A stretch of DNA of 64,000 nt from Malacoraja senta (lineage: Eukaryota). Of the stretch, positions 10,926-23,100 are shown in pieces. The position numbers and the translations under genes are program-made. The stretch is taken from NCBI GenBank assembly GCA_038087875.1, contig CM075997.1:3784001-3848000 (forward strand). The letters are read 5' to 3'. The first letter of the stretch is position 1; each line of letters opens with the position of its first letter. The notes beneath the pieces are model-generated. The model was not told the DNA's origin, searched no databases, and was given only the letters and a program-made list of their open reading frames with translations.

Positions 10926-12084
10926 CCCTTGCCTCAGTCTATTGGGAGGGGAACAGACTCTTTGCTCCTTGTTTGCATACATTTGGATTGTCGATCGAAC
11001 ACTCACTGGAATTTAAAAGGATGAGAGGGCACCTTATAGAAATGTATAAAATTCTTCAGGGATTGGAAGGGCTAGATGCAGGAAAAATGTTCCCCATGTT
11101 GGGGGAGTCCAGAACCAGGCGTCGCTGTTTAAGAATAAGGGGTAGGCCATTTAGGAGTGAGATGAGGAAAAAACATTTCCTGCTGGACATCAGTCTAGTC
11201 TTTAATTTCTTGGGGGTGGCAGTACACTGTAATGTTGCATGCACAGTGAGTTGTGGAAACAGGCCCTTCAGCCCAACTTGCCCATGCTAACCAACATGCC
11301 TCATTCTGACGGCTGGCTCAGTCTGAAGAAGGGTCTCGACCCGAAACGTCACCTTTCCTTCTCTCCAGAGATGCTGCCTGTCCCGCTGAGTTACCCCAGC
11401 ATTTTGTGTCTATCTCTGCCTCATTCTACACTAGTCCCATCCGCCTGCGTTTGGCCCATATCCCTCTAAACCTGACCTATCCACGTACCTGTCCAAATAG
11501 ACAATAGACAATAGACAATAGATGCAGGAGTAGGCCATTTGGCCCTTCGAGCCAGCACCGCCATTCAATGTGACCATGGCTGATCATCCACAATCAGTAC
11601 CCCGTTCCTGCCTTCCCCCCATATCCCCTGACTCCATTATCTTTAAGAGCCCAATCTAGCTATCTCTTGAAATATTTTTAAAACATTGTGATAGTGACTT
11701 GCCTATTTCATTGTGAAACAAGAATTTCATTGTCCTATCTGGGACACATGACAATAAAACCTTCTTGAGTCAAAACTACCTCCTCTGGCAGCTCGTTCCA
11801 TACACCCGCCACCCACTGTGTAAATAAGTTGCCCTTCAGGCTCCCAAATAAATATTCACTCCCCCCCCTTAAACCTATGACCTCTGGTTCCTGATTCCCC
11901 TGGTCTGCATCAAAAACTGTGCATTTACAATACGATACGATATTTTGTTTATTATTGTCTTTTACCTCGTTGTCTTGCCAAACACATTTCATTGTCCCGT
12001 TGACCCTGTGTTAACCTACAGATCGGGGTCTTAAGCACGTTCGGTGTCCAGACCCAACGGGTCTGCACTTGGTCTAGTGACAAA

Positions 12085-12258
12085 TAAAACTGAACTGATA
12101 TGATACGATAGAACTTTATTTAATCCCAGGAGGGAAACTGGTCTGCAAAGCCATAAAACACAACAAGATATATGAAACATGAAATTAAAGTGACGAGTGG
12201 AAAGTCCAGGATTGGGGACGTGCAAAAGTTGGGGAGGGAAGTCAGTCTACCCCATGAC
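12085..12258 (-). mobile_element. Rex1/Babar LINE 3' UTR fragment
   Basis: Reverse complement of the UTR that follows the Rex1-like ORF end at 16500-16905. Confidence 0.65.
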
Positions 12259-12325
12259 AGAACAATATTTAACCTATCTATACCCTTCATGATCTTATAC
12301 ACTGTCCCAAAAAAGTACTGAGTAA

Positions 12326-12456
12326 AGGGCCTGTCCCACTTGGGAGTAATTTGCGCGTCACGCAGATGGCGCGTAATGCGCTCCATGCGCGCATCACGAC
12401 GAGTAAATTATGTCCTGTAAATGATGCGCAAATGACGCCCAAGTGGGACAGGCCCT
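12326..12456. mobile_element. Harbinger-type MITE, 131 bp
   Basis: AGGGCCTGTCCCACTTGGG / CCCAAGTGGGACAGGCCCT TIRs, TAA TSD. Confidence 0.85.
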
Positions 12457-12464
12457 TAAGTGTA

Positions 12465-12866
12465 CGTCATTCTGAACTGTACACTGCAAGGGCCAGGAAG
12501 CGAGCGGGCAAGATCATCTCTGACCCCTCTCACCCTGGCCACAAACTCTTTGAATCACTTCCCTCTGGAAGGCGACTCCGGACTGTCAAAGCTGCCACAG
12601 CCAGACATAAAAACAGTTTTTATCCACGAGTAGTTGCTCTACTCAACAGCCAAAAATCTGTAGCCTCCCTTTGATCTGGTATTTGGTTCACATATTTGAT
12701 CAATGGTGTTTTATCATTAATATTTTATTATTATTAATATTTAGTGTTTTCTGAGATATTCGTAACTGTCACTGTATGTCATGTTGTTACTTGTGGGCGG
12801 AGCACCAAGGCAAATTCCTTGTATGTGAATACTTGGCCAATAAACTTACTTACTTACTTACTTACA
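12465..12866 (+). mobile_element. Rex1/Babar LINE 3' fragment
   Basis: RARKRAGKIISDPSHPGHKLFESLPSGRRLR...KNSFYP C-terminus; AATAAA followed by (ACTT)n. Confidence 0.8.
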
Positions 12867-13271
12867 TTCAGTGGCCCCACAGCAGAAGCGTGCACGTCGC
12901 GGGGCTGGAAACTGGAAGTATCCTGAGCTAATTCTGCTACCACCATCATCTATTGCGACAAGTAATGGCTGCCACTGATTGTCGCCGGAAGCTTTTGTCC
13001 TTTTCAGGACGGACGATGACAGCGAGGCCGACATTTGTAACACGATGGACACGGAAAGAAGAAGAAGATGTCATTCAGTGTAGTTCTGTGGGGGTTCAGT
13101 CACCCTTGACAAGGTGCGCAAGCAAAGAATTTCTCAGTGACCTGTCACGTGTGACAATAAAATATCCATTCACCAATTCATTCATTCATTAATTAACGAG
13201 AATTAATTAATTAATTCAGTGGGACGAGAGTTAAAGAACGACCATGAAACTACTAAATACTGGATGAGTAT

Positions 13272-13585
13272 TTGGGCGGCCACGGTGGCGCAGCGGTAGA
13301 GTTGCGTCCTTACAGCGAATGCAGCGCCAGAGACCCGGGTTCGATCCCGACTACGGGTGCTGTCTGTATGGAGTTTGTACTTTTCTCCCCGTGACCTGCG
13401 TGGGTTTTCTCCGAGATCTTCGGTTTCCTCCCACACTCCAAAGACGTGCAGGTATGCAGGTAAATTGGTTTGGTGTAAATGTATGTGTGTAGGGGGGTGG
13501 TGTTAATATGTGGGGATCGCTGGTTGGCGCAGATTCGGAGGGGCCGAAGCTGTTTCCGTGCTGTCTCTCTAAACTGAACTAAACT
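13272..13585 (+). mobile_element. HE1-like V-SINE, full length
   Basis: GGGCGGCCACGGTGGCGCAGCGGTAGA head, V-domain, tail. Confidence 0.87.
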
Positions 13586-14876
13586 ATTATAGACCAATAA
13601 TTGGGGGAGTGGAGATGCAGGAATATAGTTGAGCAATGCAGGACTTCCAAACGCGTTCGTTCTATAACCACGGTGTCGGCTGGAGTGGTGACGGTGCAAA
13701 GACAGAGATTAGGGGAGGGTGCAGAGGGGGGAATTCCTGAATTGTGTACAGGAGGATTCCGATGATTACTGATTTCCCGGTCAGATGAGGAAGGAGGAAG
13801 TTCTGGGAAACAAATTGGGAAACCATGTGGGAACTAGTGATCATAACATTAGCAATTTGATCCAAAAAAGGGACAAAATGTCAGAAAAAGGAATTTTACT
13901 ACGTTTCATAAGCCTCGATTGCCAGCTATTATAGAAAACATGTCTGTCCTATGAAGAGAAATATGGACATACATAGGGCAAGAGAATTGATTTAGCAATG
14001 ATAAACCGATGAGTATGAAAAGAGTAAACAGAGGAAGGGGGAAGCTCTGGGCATCAGTCTGAAGAAGGGTCTCGACCCATAACGTCACCCTTTCATTCTA
14101 TCCAGAGATGCTGCCTGTCCCGCTGAGTTACTCCAGCATTTTGTGCCTATCTATAATACTGTGACCTTGTGTGTCCTCGCCATTCATTGCGATGAGTGCG
14201 GTTTGGACTTGGCTGACTCTGAGTTGCAAGTGGATTGACACTGAAAGAAATGTGTAGTGAAGGAACTGCAGATGCTGGTTTACACCGAAGATAGACACAA
14301 AAAGCTGGAGCAACTCAGCGGGACAGGCAGCATCTCTGGAGAGAAGGAATGGGTGACGTTTCGGGTCGACACCCTTCTTCAGACCTGAAAGGAATTAAAG
14401 TAATGACGGGTTAGGCTAGGCATGGACAACATTTATCGCAGAAATGTGTCAGCGGACCTGTGGCTGACCAGAAGTCGAAGAGGAATAAAAATGTCCCCAA
14501 ATTATGTTCTCCTGCACTTTGCTTTGTGACAAAGCAAAAATGAAACCATGACCCATCTGAAGCTAAATTGGTTCCTGACCGGACTTCTGGCCCAGTTCCA
14601 ACGTGACGGTATTTATAATGTTGATGTTGTGTAATCGCTGACCTTTTATTAAACGGTACTTTGAGGGTTTCCGAAAAGACCTTGCAATGTAAATAAAGTT
14701 CCTCCTTCTGGTTGTGAGTCGGGGTGGAAGGGAAGAAGTGTATCTTGCAAAGGCCGATTCTGGTAAGCGTTAGGAAAAATCGTGACTGAGAATTGGTGGC
14801 AAACTTCCCCGGCCAGCCAATGACCCTGTGACTTTTTGTCTTCTCGCTGACGTGGAAACATAGAAACATAGGGAGA

Positions 14877-15180
14877 CCACGGTGGCGCAGCGGTAGAGTT
14901 GTTGCCTTACAGCGCTTGCAGCGCCGGAGACCCCGGTTCGATCCCGACCACGGGTGCTGTCTGTATGGAGTTTGTACGTTCTCCCCGTGACCGCGTGGGA
15001 TTTCTCCGAGATCTTCGGTTTCCTCCCACACTCCAAAGACGTACAGGTTTGTTGGCTCGGTGTATGTGTAAATTGTCCCTAGTGTGTGTCGGATAGTGTT
15101 AATGTGCGGGGATCGCTAGTCGGTGCGGACTCGGTGGGCCGAATGGCCTGTTTCCCCGCTGTATCTCTAAAACCTAAAAG
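14877..15180 (+). mobile_element. HE1-like V-SINE
   Basis: Same consensus. Confidence 0.85.
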
Positions 15181-15354
15181 CTAGAAAATAGGAATCTGGA
15201 AGCGGACCAATACATCTGTAAATAAAACTGAACGACTCAGACATCTTTTCATTTGCACAATTGATTTTATTGTATTAATTATATATTAATTTTAATATAT
15301 TAATGTTTAAAATCCATGCATTGAAGGAAGAATATTTTACAGTCCATCTGTGGT

Positions 15355-15403
15355 CCCTAACCCTAACCCTAAGCCTAACCCTAACCCTGATTCTAACACT
15401 AAC
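15355..15403 (+). repeat. Degenerate interstitial (CCCTAA)n telomere-type repeat
   Basis: CCCTAACCCTAACCCTAAGCCTAACCCTAACCCTGA..., abutting a truncated MITE that ends at 15522. Confidence 0.75.
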
Positions 15404-16299
15404 CGGGCGTCACCCGCAGGACAGCAGACGTCAGCGTGTATGTCGTACAACATGATGGTTTTACGGGCATCAGTCACTGACGCACGCAGTCGCCAAAAAA
15501 ATCGCAAAGTTGGACAGGCCCTTAACTCTCTCTTGAGTACATCCAGTGAATTGGCCTCCACTGCCTTCTGTGGTATTTAATTCCACAGATTCACAACTCT
15601 CTGGGTGAAAACGTTTTTCATCGTCTCCGTTCTAAATGGCCGACCCCTGCTTCTTAAACTGTGTGACCCCCTGGTTCTGGACTCCCCCAACATGGGGAAC
15701 ATTGTTCCTGCATCTAGTCTGTCCAATCCCTTACATGATACTACTGTGGTGGTAAAACGACAAAACCCTTGGACATCCCCAGACGTTTGCGATCTCGTTT
15801 TCCCGAGCTTTCAAGATTATTCATCCAGACCTGAGAGTGCCGGAAAGAACCGACATGCGACGTCGCATTGGTTACCGAACTCCGCAAATTATGCAAATTA
15901 TGCAAATTATGCAAATTATGCAACATTTGCGAATTCCCCAGTGCGTGCATGCGTTGTTGACCAATGCCCTTCTGATTTCCAAAATACCCACCCTTCGCCA
16001 ATCCCACCCCGCCAACCTCTCTTTCTATGCCTAGGAAGGAACTGCAGATGCTGGTTCCAACCGAAGAGAGACACAAAAAGCTGGAGTAACTCAGCGGGAT
16101 AGACAACATCTCTGGAGAGAAGGAATGGGCGACGTTTCGGATTTTTTGGAATTCAGAATGTCCGAAGACATCTGGTTAATTGAATCCCATTCCCAGCTCC
16201 TGTGAATCCCATTCCCATCCTCACCGATCCTCATTCCCAACTACACGGACCATGTTCCTGGGCTTTGGCTTGCCCCTCATGTTTTAGGTATCGTCTTGG

Positions 16300-16905
16300 G
16301 AGGTGGTCTTGGAGGGCAGGATGTTCCTCAAACTACGGAGCATCCTGGACAATACAGCTCACCCCCTCCATGACACACTGGTCAACCTGAGGAGCACCTT
16401 CAGCAACAGACTGGTTCCACCAAGATGCAGCACAGAACGCCACAGGAGATCCTTCTTCCCTGTGGCTATCAAACTGTACAACTCCTCCCCCTTCTGTCGT
16501 GGGGTAGACTGACTCCCCCCCCCACCAATCTTTGCACATTCCCAATCCTTTCCACCCATCTCTTTAATTTCATGTTTCATGTATTTTGTGTTTTACGACG
16601 CTCCACACCATAGTCGCACCAGCTTCTCGTTCACACCCAACAAACAGCTAACAATGGCCTGTTTCCTTTATCACTGTTACTTTTTGCATCTTTCATTCAT
16701 AGTTCTTTATCTCTCCACATCACCGTCTATATCTCTCCTTTCCCTTTTCACTAAACTAGCCTGAAGAAGGGTCTCGACCTGTAACGTCACCCATTCCTTC
16801 TCTCCAGAGATGCTGCCTGTCCCGCTGAGTTTTGTGTCGATCTTGTGTTTTATGACTGTTGGCAGACCAACCTCCCTCCTGGGATAAATAAAGTTCTATC
16901 ATATC
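16300..16905 (+). mobile_element. Rex1/Babar LINE 3' fragment interrupted by a Penelope insert (16600-16842)
   Basis: ILDNTAHPLHDTL...RHRRSFFPVAIKLYN. The insert is flanked by the TSD TTGTGTTTTA(C/T)GAC. Confidence 0.8.
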
Positions 16906-17228
16906 GTACCGTAGCGTACTGTAGTGTAGTGCACCGTATTGTATCATATTGTACCATATTGTATTGTAACATATAATATTGTATCGTATTGTACCGTATT
17001 GTATTGTGTAATATCGCATCGTATTGTATCGTATTGTACCGTATTGTATTGTGTAATATCGCATCGTATTGTATCGTATTGTACCGTATTGTATTGTGTA
17101 ATATCGCATCGTATTGTATCGTATTGTACCGTATTGTATTGTGTAATATCGCATCGTATTGTATCGTATTATACCGTATTGTATCGTATAATATCACATT
17201 ATATTGTACCGCACCGTATTGTATCGTA
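16905..17228. repeat. Minisatellite: 45-bp unit built from 5-mers (GTATC/GTATT/GTACC)
   Basis: About four near-perfect copies of GTATCGTATTGTACCGTATTGTATTGTGTAATATCGCATCGTATT with degenerate flanks. Confidence 0.92.
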
Positions 17229-19816
17229 CCCCGGGGGGGGGGGGTGGGGGTGGGGGGACACAGATCCACAGCTATGTGGCAGCAGCACCCTCTCGACCAT
17301 ACGGGTGGCAAGATGGCCATACCCGTCTGCTCCCTGTATCCATGTTGGCAGGTGGCTGCCTAATCAAGATGTGTGTCGCGTTTAATTAAATTAGGAATGC
17401 TGGTTTCCAGGGAGGATGCGTGTTTGGAGAGAAGGCTGCTTAATCAGAGCGAGGATAAAGAACAGCTTTGTAGTTAGATCAATTATCAGCGCTCCCGCCC
17501 ATTCATTTACATCAGCTCTGTCTGCCAATGTGCCTCCATTGAATGGACTCAGACAATTAACCCCTTCAAAGCCGGCCACTGGACTTTCCCTCTCTCTGCG
17601 GAGAGTTCTGCCCTATCCTCTCTAGCCTCTTCTCTATGACCTTCCCTGCCATCGACTTGATAAACCAGCTTGGAAAAATGCTGTCGGAAGGAACTGCAGA
17701 TGCTGGTTTAGTTTAGTTTAGTTTAGTTAAGTTTAGTTTAGTTTAGTTTAGTTTAGTTTAGTTTAGTTTAGTTTAGTTTAGTTTAAGGTAGACAAAAGTG
17801 CTGGAGAAACTCAGCGGGTGCGGCAGCATCTATGGAGCGAAGGAAACAGGCAACGTTTCGGGCCGAAACCCTTCTTCAAACAGTTTAGTTTGCAGTGCGG
17901 AAACTGACCCTATGGCCCACCGAGTCCGCGCCGACCAGCGATCCCCGCTCACTAACACGATCCTGTACACACGAGGGACAATTTACAATTTTACCGAAGC
18001 CAATTAACCTACAAACCTGCACGTCTTTGGAGTGTGGGAGGAAACCGGAGCACCCGGAGAAAACCCACGCGGGTCACGGGGAGAACGTGCAAACTCCACA
18101 CCCGTAGTCAGGATTGAACCCAGATCGTGGGCACTGTAACTCTACCGTGCCGCTCCGCAGATAGACACGAAAGACTGGATACCTCAGCTGGTCAGGCAGC
18201 ATCTCTGGAGAAAAGGGATAGGTGATGTTTCGGATTGAGATCTTCCTTCACTCTCAATGATCTGGGGGTGATTTTGGATGCATGGCCTGCCTGATTGAGC
18301 AGTTCCTCAATATATGTTTATTTAGATCAGAGATACAGCGTGGAAACAGGCCCTTCGGCCCACTGAGTCCACGCCATCCCGTTCACACTATAGAGACAAA
18401 GAACTGCAGATGCTGGTTTATACCAAGATGGAGGCAAAGTGGTGGAGTATCCTTCTTCAGACATTCACACGACTTCACTACGGAGTAGTCACACCACTAC
18501 TAGTTCTATGTATCCACTTTCTCGTCCTACACATGAGGGACAATTTCCAATTTACAGAAGCCAATTAACCTACAAACACGCACGTCTTTAGGATGTGGGA
18601 GGAAACCGAAGCACCCGGAGGAAAGCCACGTGGTCGCGGGGAGAACGTACAAACTCCGTACAGACAGCACCTGTGGTCGGGATCGAACCTGGGTCTCCGG
18701 CGCTCCAAGCGCTGTGAGGCAGCAACTCTACCGCTGCGCCACCGTGACCGCCCACATCAGTAGCAGCCTGACCTCCAACATATTCTTTTTTTAATATAGA
18801 TTACCAGCATCTGTGGTTATCTTTTCATTTTGACCGCGTCAAGAGTCTAGTCAAGATTCAAGGGAGTTTATTGTCATGTGTCCCAGATAGGACAGTGAAA
18901 TTCTTGCTTTGCTTCAGCACAACAGAATATAGTAGGCGTAAATACAGAACAGATCAGTGTGTCCACAAGAGTGTTTAAATGCATGTATCCCGAAGCAGAA
19001 TAGAGAAACGCAGCGGTAGAGTTGCTGCCTCACAGCGCCAGAGACCCAGGTTCGATCCTGACTACGGGTGCTGTCTGTACGGAGTTTGTACGTTCTCCCC
19101 GTGACCTGCGTGGGTTTTCTCCGGGTGCTCCGGTTTCCTCCCACACTCCAAAGACGTGCAGGTTTGTCAGTTAATTGGCTTGGTGTAAAATTGTAAATTG
19201 TCCCTCCTGTGTAGGATCGTGCTAGTGTACGGGGAGATCGCTGGTCGGCATGCTTAATCTCTAAAGCTTAAAGTCTAAAGGTCTATAAACACAATACTCA
19301 ATAAATATCATAATATTATAAAACAAACAAAATAAGTTAATGTCATAGGAGCAGAATTAGGCCATTCGGCCCATTGAGTCTACTCTGTTATTCATTCTAG
19401 GCTGATCTATCTTTCCCTCTCAATCCCATTCCTCTGCCTTCTCCTCAGAACTCTTGATACCCTTATTACCAACCAGGTATCTGTCAATCTCCGCCTTGAC
19501 AATACCCAATGACTTGGCCTCCACAGCCGTCTGTGGCTATTTCACCACCCTCTCTCTGACGAAATTCCTCCTTATCTCCTGTCTCAAGGCGTGTCCTATT
19601 ATTATGTCTTTTTGACTATAGATTAATAAAAAAAACTCAAATATTAGTTCAGAATAAGACAGAAACCTACAATCCCGTGCAAGTAAGCTAGTTTGCACTT
19701 TGAGCTAAGATTGTGTTAGTCAATGACCTGATGGATATGGCCTGAAGCTGTTTCTAAACTTGTTGCCCAGGTTCTTCCCAACATATGGGAGGGACCATGT
19801 CCTGTGAAGCTCAATG

Positions 19817-21055
19817 AAGTAAAATGGATGAAGGGGTGCCAGTGGATGTCGTGTATCTAGACTTTCAGAAAGCCTTTGATAAGGTCCCGCACGGGAGACT
19901 GGTGACTAAAATTAGAGCACATGGTATTGGGGGTAGGGGGTTGACATGGATAGAAAATTGGTTGGCAGACCGGAAGCAAAGAGTAGGAGTGAATGGGTCC
20001 TTTTCAGAATGGCAGGCAGTGGCGAGTGGAGTGCCGCAAGGCTCGGTGTTGGGGCCGCAACTGTTTACCATATACAGTATATTAACGATTTGGAAGAGGG
20101 AATTAGGAGCAACACTGTTTGCGGATGACACAAAGCTGGGTGGCAGTGTGAACTGTGAAGAGGATGTTAGGAGGTTGCAGGGTGACCTGGACAGGTTGAG
20201 TGTGTGGGCAGATGTGTGGCAGATGCAGTATAATATAGATAAATCTGAGGTTATCCACTTTGGCGGCAAAAACAAGAGGGCAGATTATTATCTCAATGGG
20301 GTTAGGTTAGGCAAGGGGGAGGTGCAGCGAGACCTGGGCGTCCTTGTACACAAGTCACTGAAAGTTGGCGTGCAGGTACAGCAGGCAGTGAAGAAAGCTA
20401 ATGGAATGTTGGCCTTCATAACAAGAGGATTTCAGTATAGGAGTAAAGAGGTTCTTCTGCAGTTGTATAGGGCTCTGGTGAGACCACATCTGGAGTATTG
20501 TGTACAGTTTTGGTCTCCTAATTTGAGGAAGGACATCCTTGTGATTGAGGCAGTGCAGCATAGGTTCTCGAGATTGATCCCTGGGATGGCGGGACTGTCA
20601 TATGAGGAAAGATTGAAAAGACTAAGCTTGTATTCACTGGAGTTTAGAAGGATAAAGGGGGGGGGGGATATTATAGAAACAGATAAAATTATAAAAGGAC
20701 TGGACAAGCTAGATGCAGAAAAAATGTTCCCAATGTTGGGCGAGTCCAGAACCAGGGGCCACAGTCTTAGAATAAAGGGGAGGCCATTTAAGACTGAGGT
20801 GAGAAAAAACTTTTTCACTCAGAGAGTTGTGAATTTGTGGAATTCCCTGCCACAGAGGGCAGTGGAGGCCAAATCACTGGATGGATTTAAGAGAGAGTTA
20901 GATAGAGCTCTAGAGGCTAGTGGAATCAAGGGATATGGGGAGAAGGCAGGCACGGGTTATTGATTGGGGACGATTAGCCATGATCACAATGAATGGCGGT
21001 GCTGGCTCGAAGGGCCGAATGGCCTCCTCCCGTACCTATTTTCTTTGTTTCTATG
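19817..21055 (+). mobile_element. CR1 LINE, 5'-truncated, RT domain to 3' tail
   Basis: VDVVYLDFQKAFDKVPH, SGVPQGSVLGP, FADDTKL, LVRPHLEYCVQFWSP; small compensating indels; (TTCTATGT)-type tail. Confidence 0.95.
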
Positions 21056-21789
21056 AAGCTATTTTAAGTCATGAGTGTTTTATCGTCATCAGTCCCGGAC
21101 AGAACAATGACATTTTTACTTGGAGCAGCGCAGTAGAATATGTAGACGGTGCTCTCTGTAAGTATCAGAGGTCAGGATCGAACCCGGGTCACTGGCGCTG
21201 TGAGGCAGCAACTCTTACTGTGCCACCCTTCATTCTCACAAACCTCAGCTGGCAGCAAGTGTGCGGCAGGCAGATATGCGTGTGATTTGGCAACAAAGAG
21301 GTTAATCACCCAGCTCTGTGTGTGTGTGGACGTATACTGGCAGACCGAGAGCTAATCTAAATGAAAAGGCAGGGATAACGGATAATTCATCTAACTACAA
21401 TGCATGTCTTTATCCTCATTCTGATTAAACAGGCAGGCCTTTTCAAAAAATATTTTTATATATTTTTTCCAGAATGAGGTAAATAGCACTTGGCCCTGGA
21501 TTAAACCAGCCATCTGGTGTAGGCCCAGCCAGCGGTGGGTAAACCCATCACGTTATCAACTCAGGGAATCACATTCGGGAGCAGATTAGGCAGCACACTA
21601 TTGACTTGTTCTCTTCTCACCTCATTTATCACTTCACGGAGCCATCATCCCCAAGCCAGAAGAGTTTAGGCGTTTAGAACGAAGATAGACACAAAATGCT
21701 GGAGTAACTCAGCGGGCCAGGAAGCATCTATGGAGAGAAGGAATGGGTGACGTTTTAGGTCGAGATATTGATTCCTTCTCTCCAGAGAC

Positions 21790-22560
21790 ATCCATATAAC
21801 CATATAACCATTACAGCACGGAAACAGGCCATCTCGGCCCTTCAAGTCCGTGCCGAACATTAAAAAAAAAAAAAAAAAATACTTCCCCCTAGTCCCATCT
21901 ACCTGCACTCAGACCATAACCCTCCATTCCTTTCCCGTCCATATACCCATCCAATCTATTTTTAAAGGATAAAATCGAACCAGCCTCCACCACTTCCACT
22001 GGAAGCTCATTCCACACAGCCACCACTCTCTGAGTAAAGAAGTTCCCCCTAATGTTACCCCTAAACTTCTGTCCCTTAATTCTCAAGTCATGTCCCCTTG
22101 TTTGAATCTTCCCTACTCTCAATGGAAAAAGCTTATCCACGTCAACTCTGTCTAACCCGCTCATAATTTTAAAGACCTCTATCAAGTCCCCTCTTAACCT
22201 TCTGCGCTCCAAAGAATAAAGACCTAACTTGTTCAACCTTTCTCTGTAACTTAGTTGCTGAAACCCAGGCAACATTCTAGTAAATCTCCTCTGTACTCTC
22301 TCTATTTTGTTGACATCCTTCCTATAATTAGGTGACCAAAATTGTACTCCATACTCCAGAATTGGCCTCACCAATGCCTTGTACAATTTTAACATTACAT
22401 CCCAACTTCTATATTCAATGCTCTGATTTATAAAGGCCAGCACCCCAAAAGCTTTCTTTACCACCCTATCTACATGAGATTCCACCTTCAGGGAACTATG
22501 CACAGTTATTCCTAGATCCCTCTGTTCAACTGCATTCCTCAATTCTCTACCATTTACCAT
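21790..22560 (-). mobile_element. CR1 LINE 3' fragment, different subfamily
   Basis: 223-aa ORF (RDLGITVH...LVRPILEYGVQFWSP...GYGLSAGRWD); (TATGGTTA)n tail. Confidence 0.93.
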
Positions 22561-22667
22561 TACATCGATTCTTTCTCTCCTGACCCGCTGAGTTACTCCT
22601 GCATTTTGTGTCTATCTTCGATTTAAACCAGCATCTGCAGTTCTTTCCTACACATTAGATGCTTAAA

Positions 22668-23100
22668 AGTTCAGTTCAGTTTAGTTTATTGTCACGTGTA
22701 CCGAGGTAGTGTGAAAAGCTTTTGTTGCGTGCTATCCAGTCAGTAGAAAGACAACACATGATTACAATGGAGCTATTTACAGTGTATAGATACGTGATAA
22801 GGGAATAACGTTTAGTGCGAGGTAAAGCCAGCAAAGTCTGATCAAGGATAGTCCGAGGGTCACCAATGAGGTAGATAGTAGTTCAGCACTGCTCCCTCTG
22901 GTTGTGGTAGGATGGTTCAGTTGCCTGATAACAGCTGGGAAGAAACTGTCCCTGAATCTGGAGGTGTGCGTTTGTTTTCACACTTCTGTACCTCTTGCCT
23001 GATGGGAGAGGGGAGAAGAGGGAGTGGCCGGGGTGAGACTGGTCCTTGATTATGCTGGTGGCCTTGCCGAGGCAGCGTGAGGTACAAATGGAGTCAATGT
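22668..23100 (-). mobile_element. Rex1/Babar LINE 3' fragment
   Basis: CLGKATSIIKDQSHPGHSLFSPLPSGKRYR; UTR ending GTGACAATAAACTAAACTGAAC. Confidence 0.78.

Noticed and set aside
13272..13355. tRNA genes (A/B boxes at many positions)
   Set aside because: These are SINE heads continuing into the V-domain and tail; no complete cloverleaf or terminator.
16905..17228. CRISPR-like periodic array
   Set aside because: Head-to-tail tandem units with no unique spacers, no cas genes, and a eukaryotic context.
19824..20963. 379-aa ORF as a host gene or active LINE
   Set aside because: 5'-truncated CR1 ORF2 with no endonuclease domain and with compensating frameshifts.
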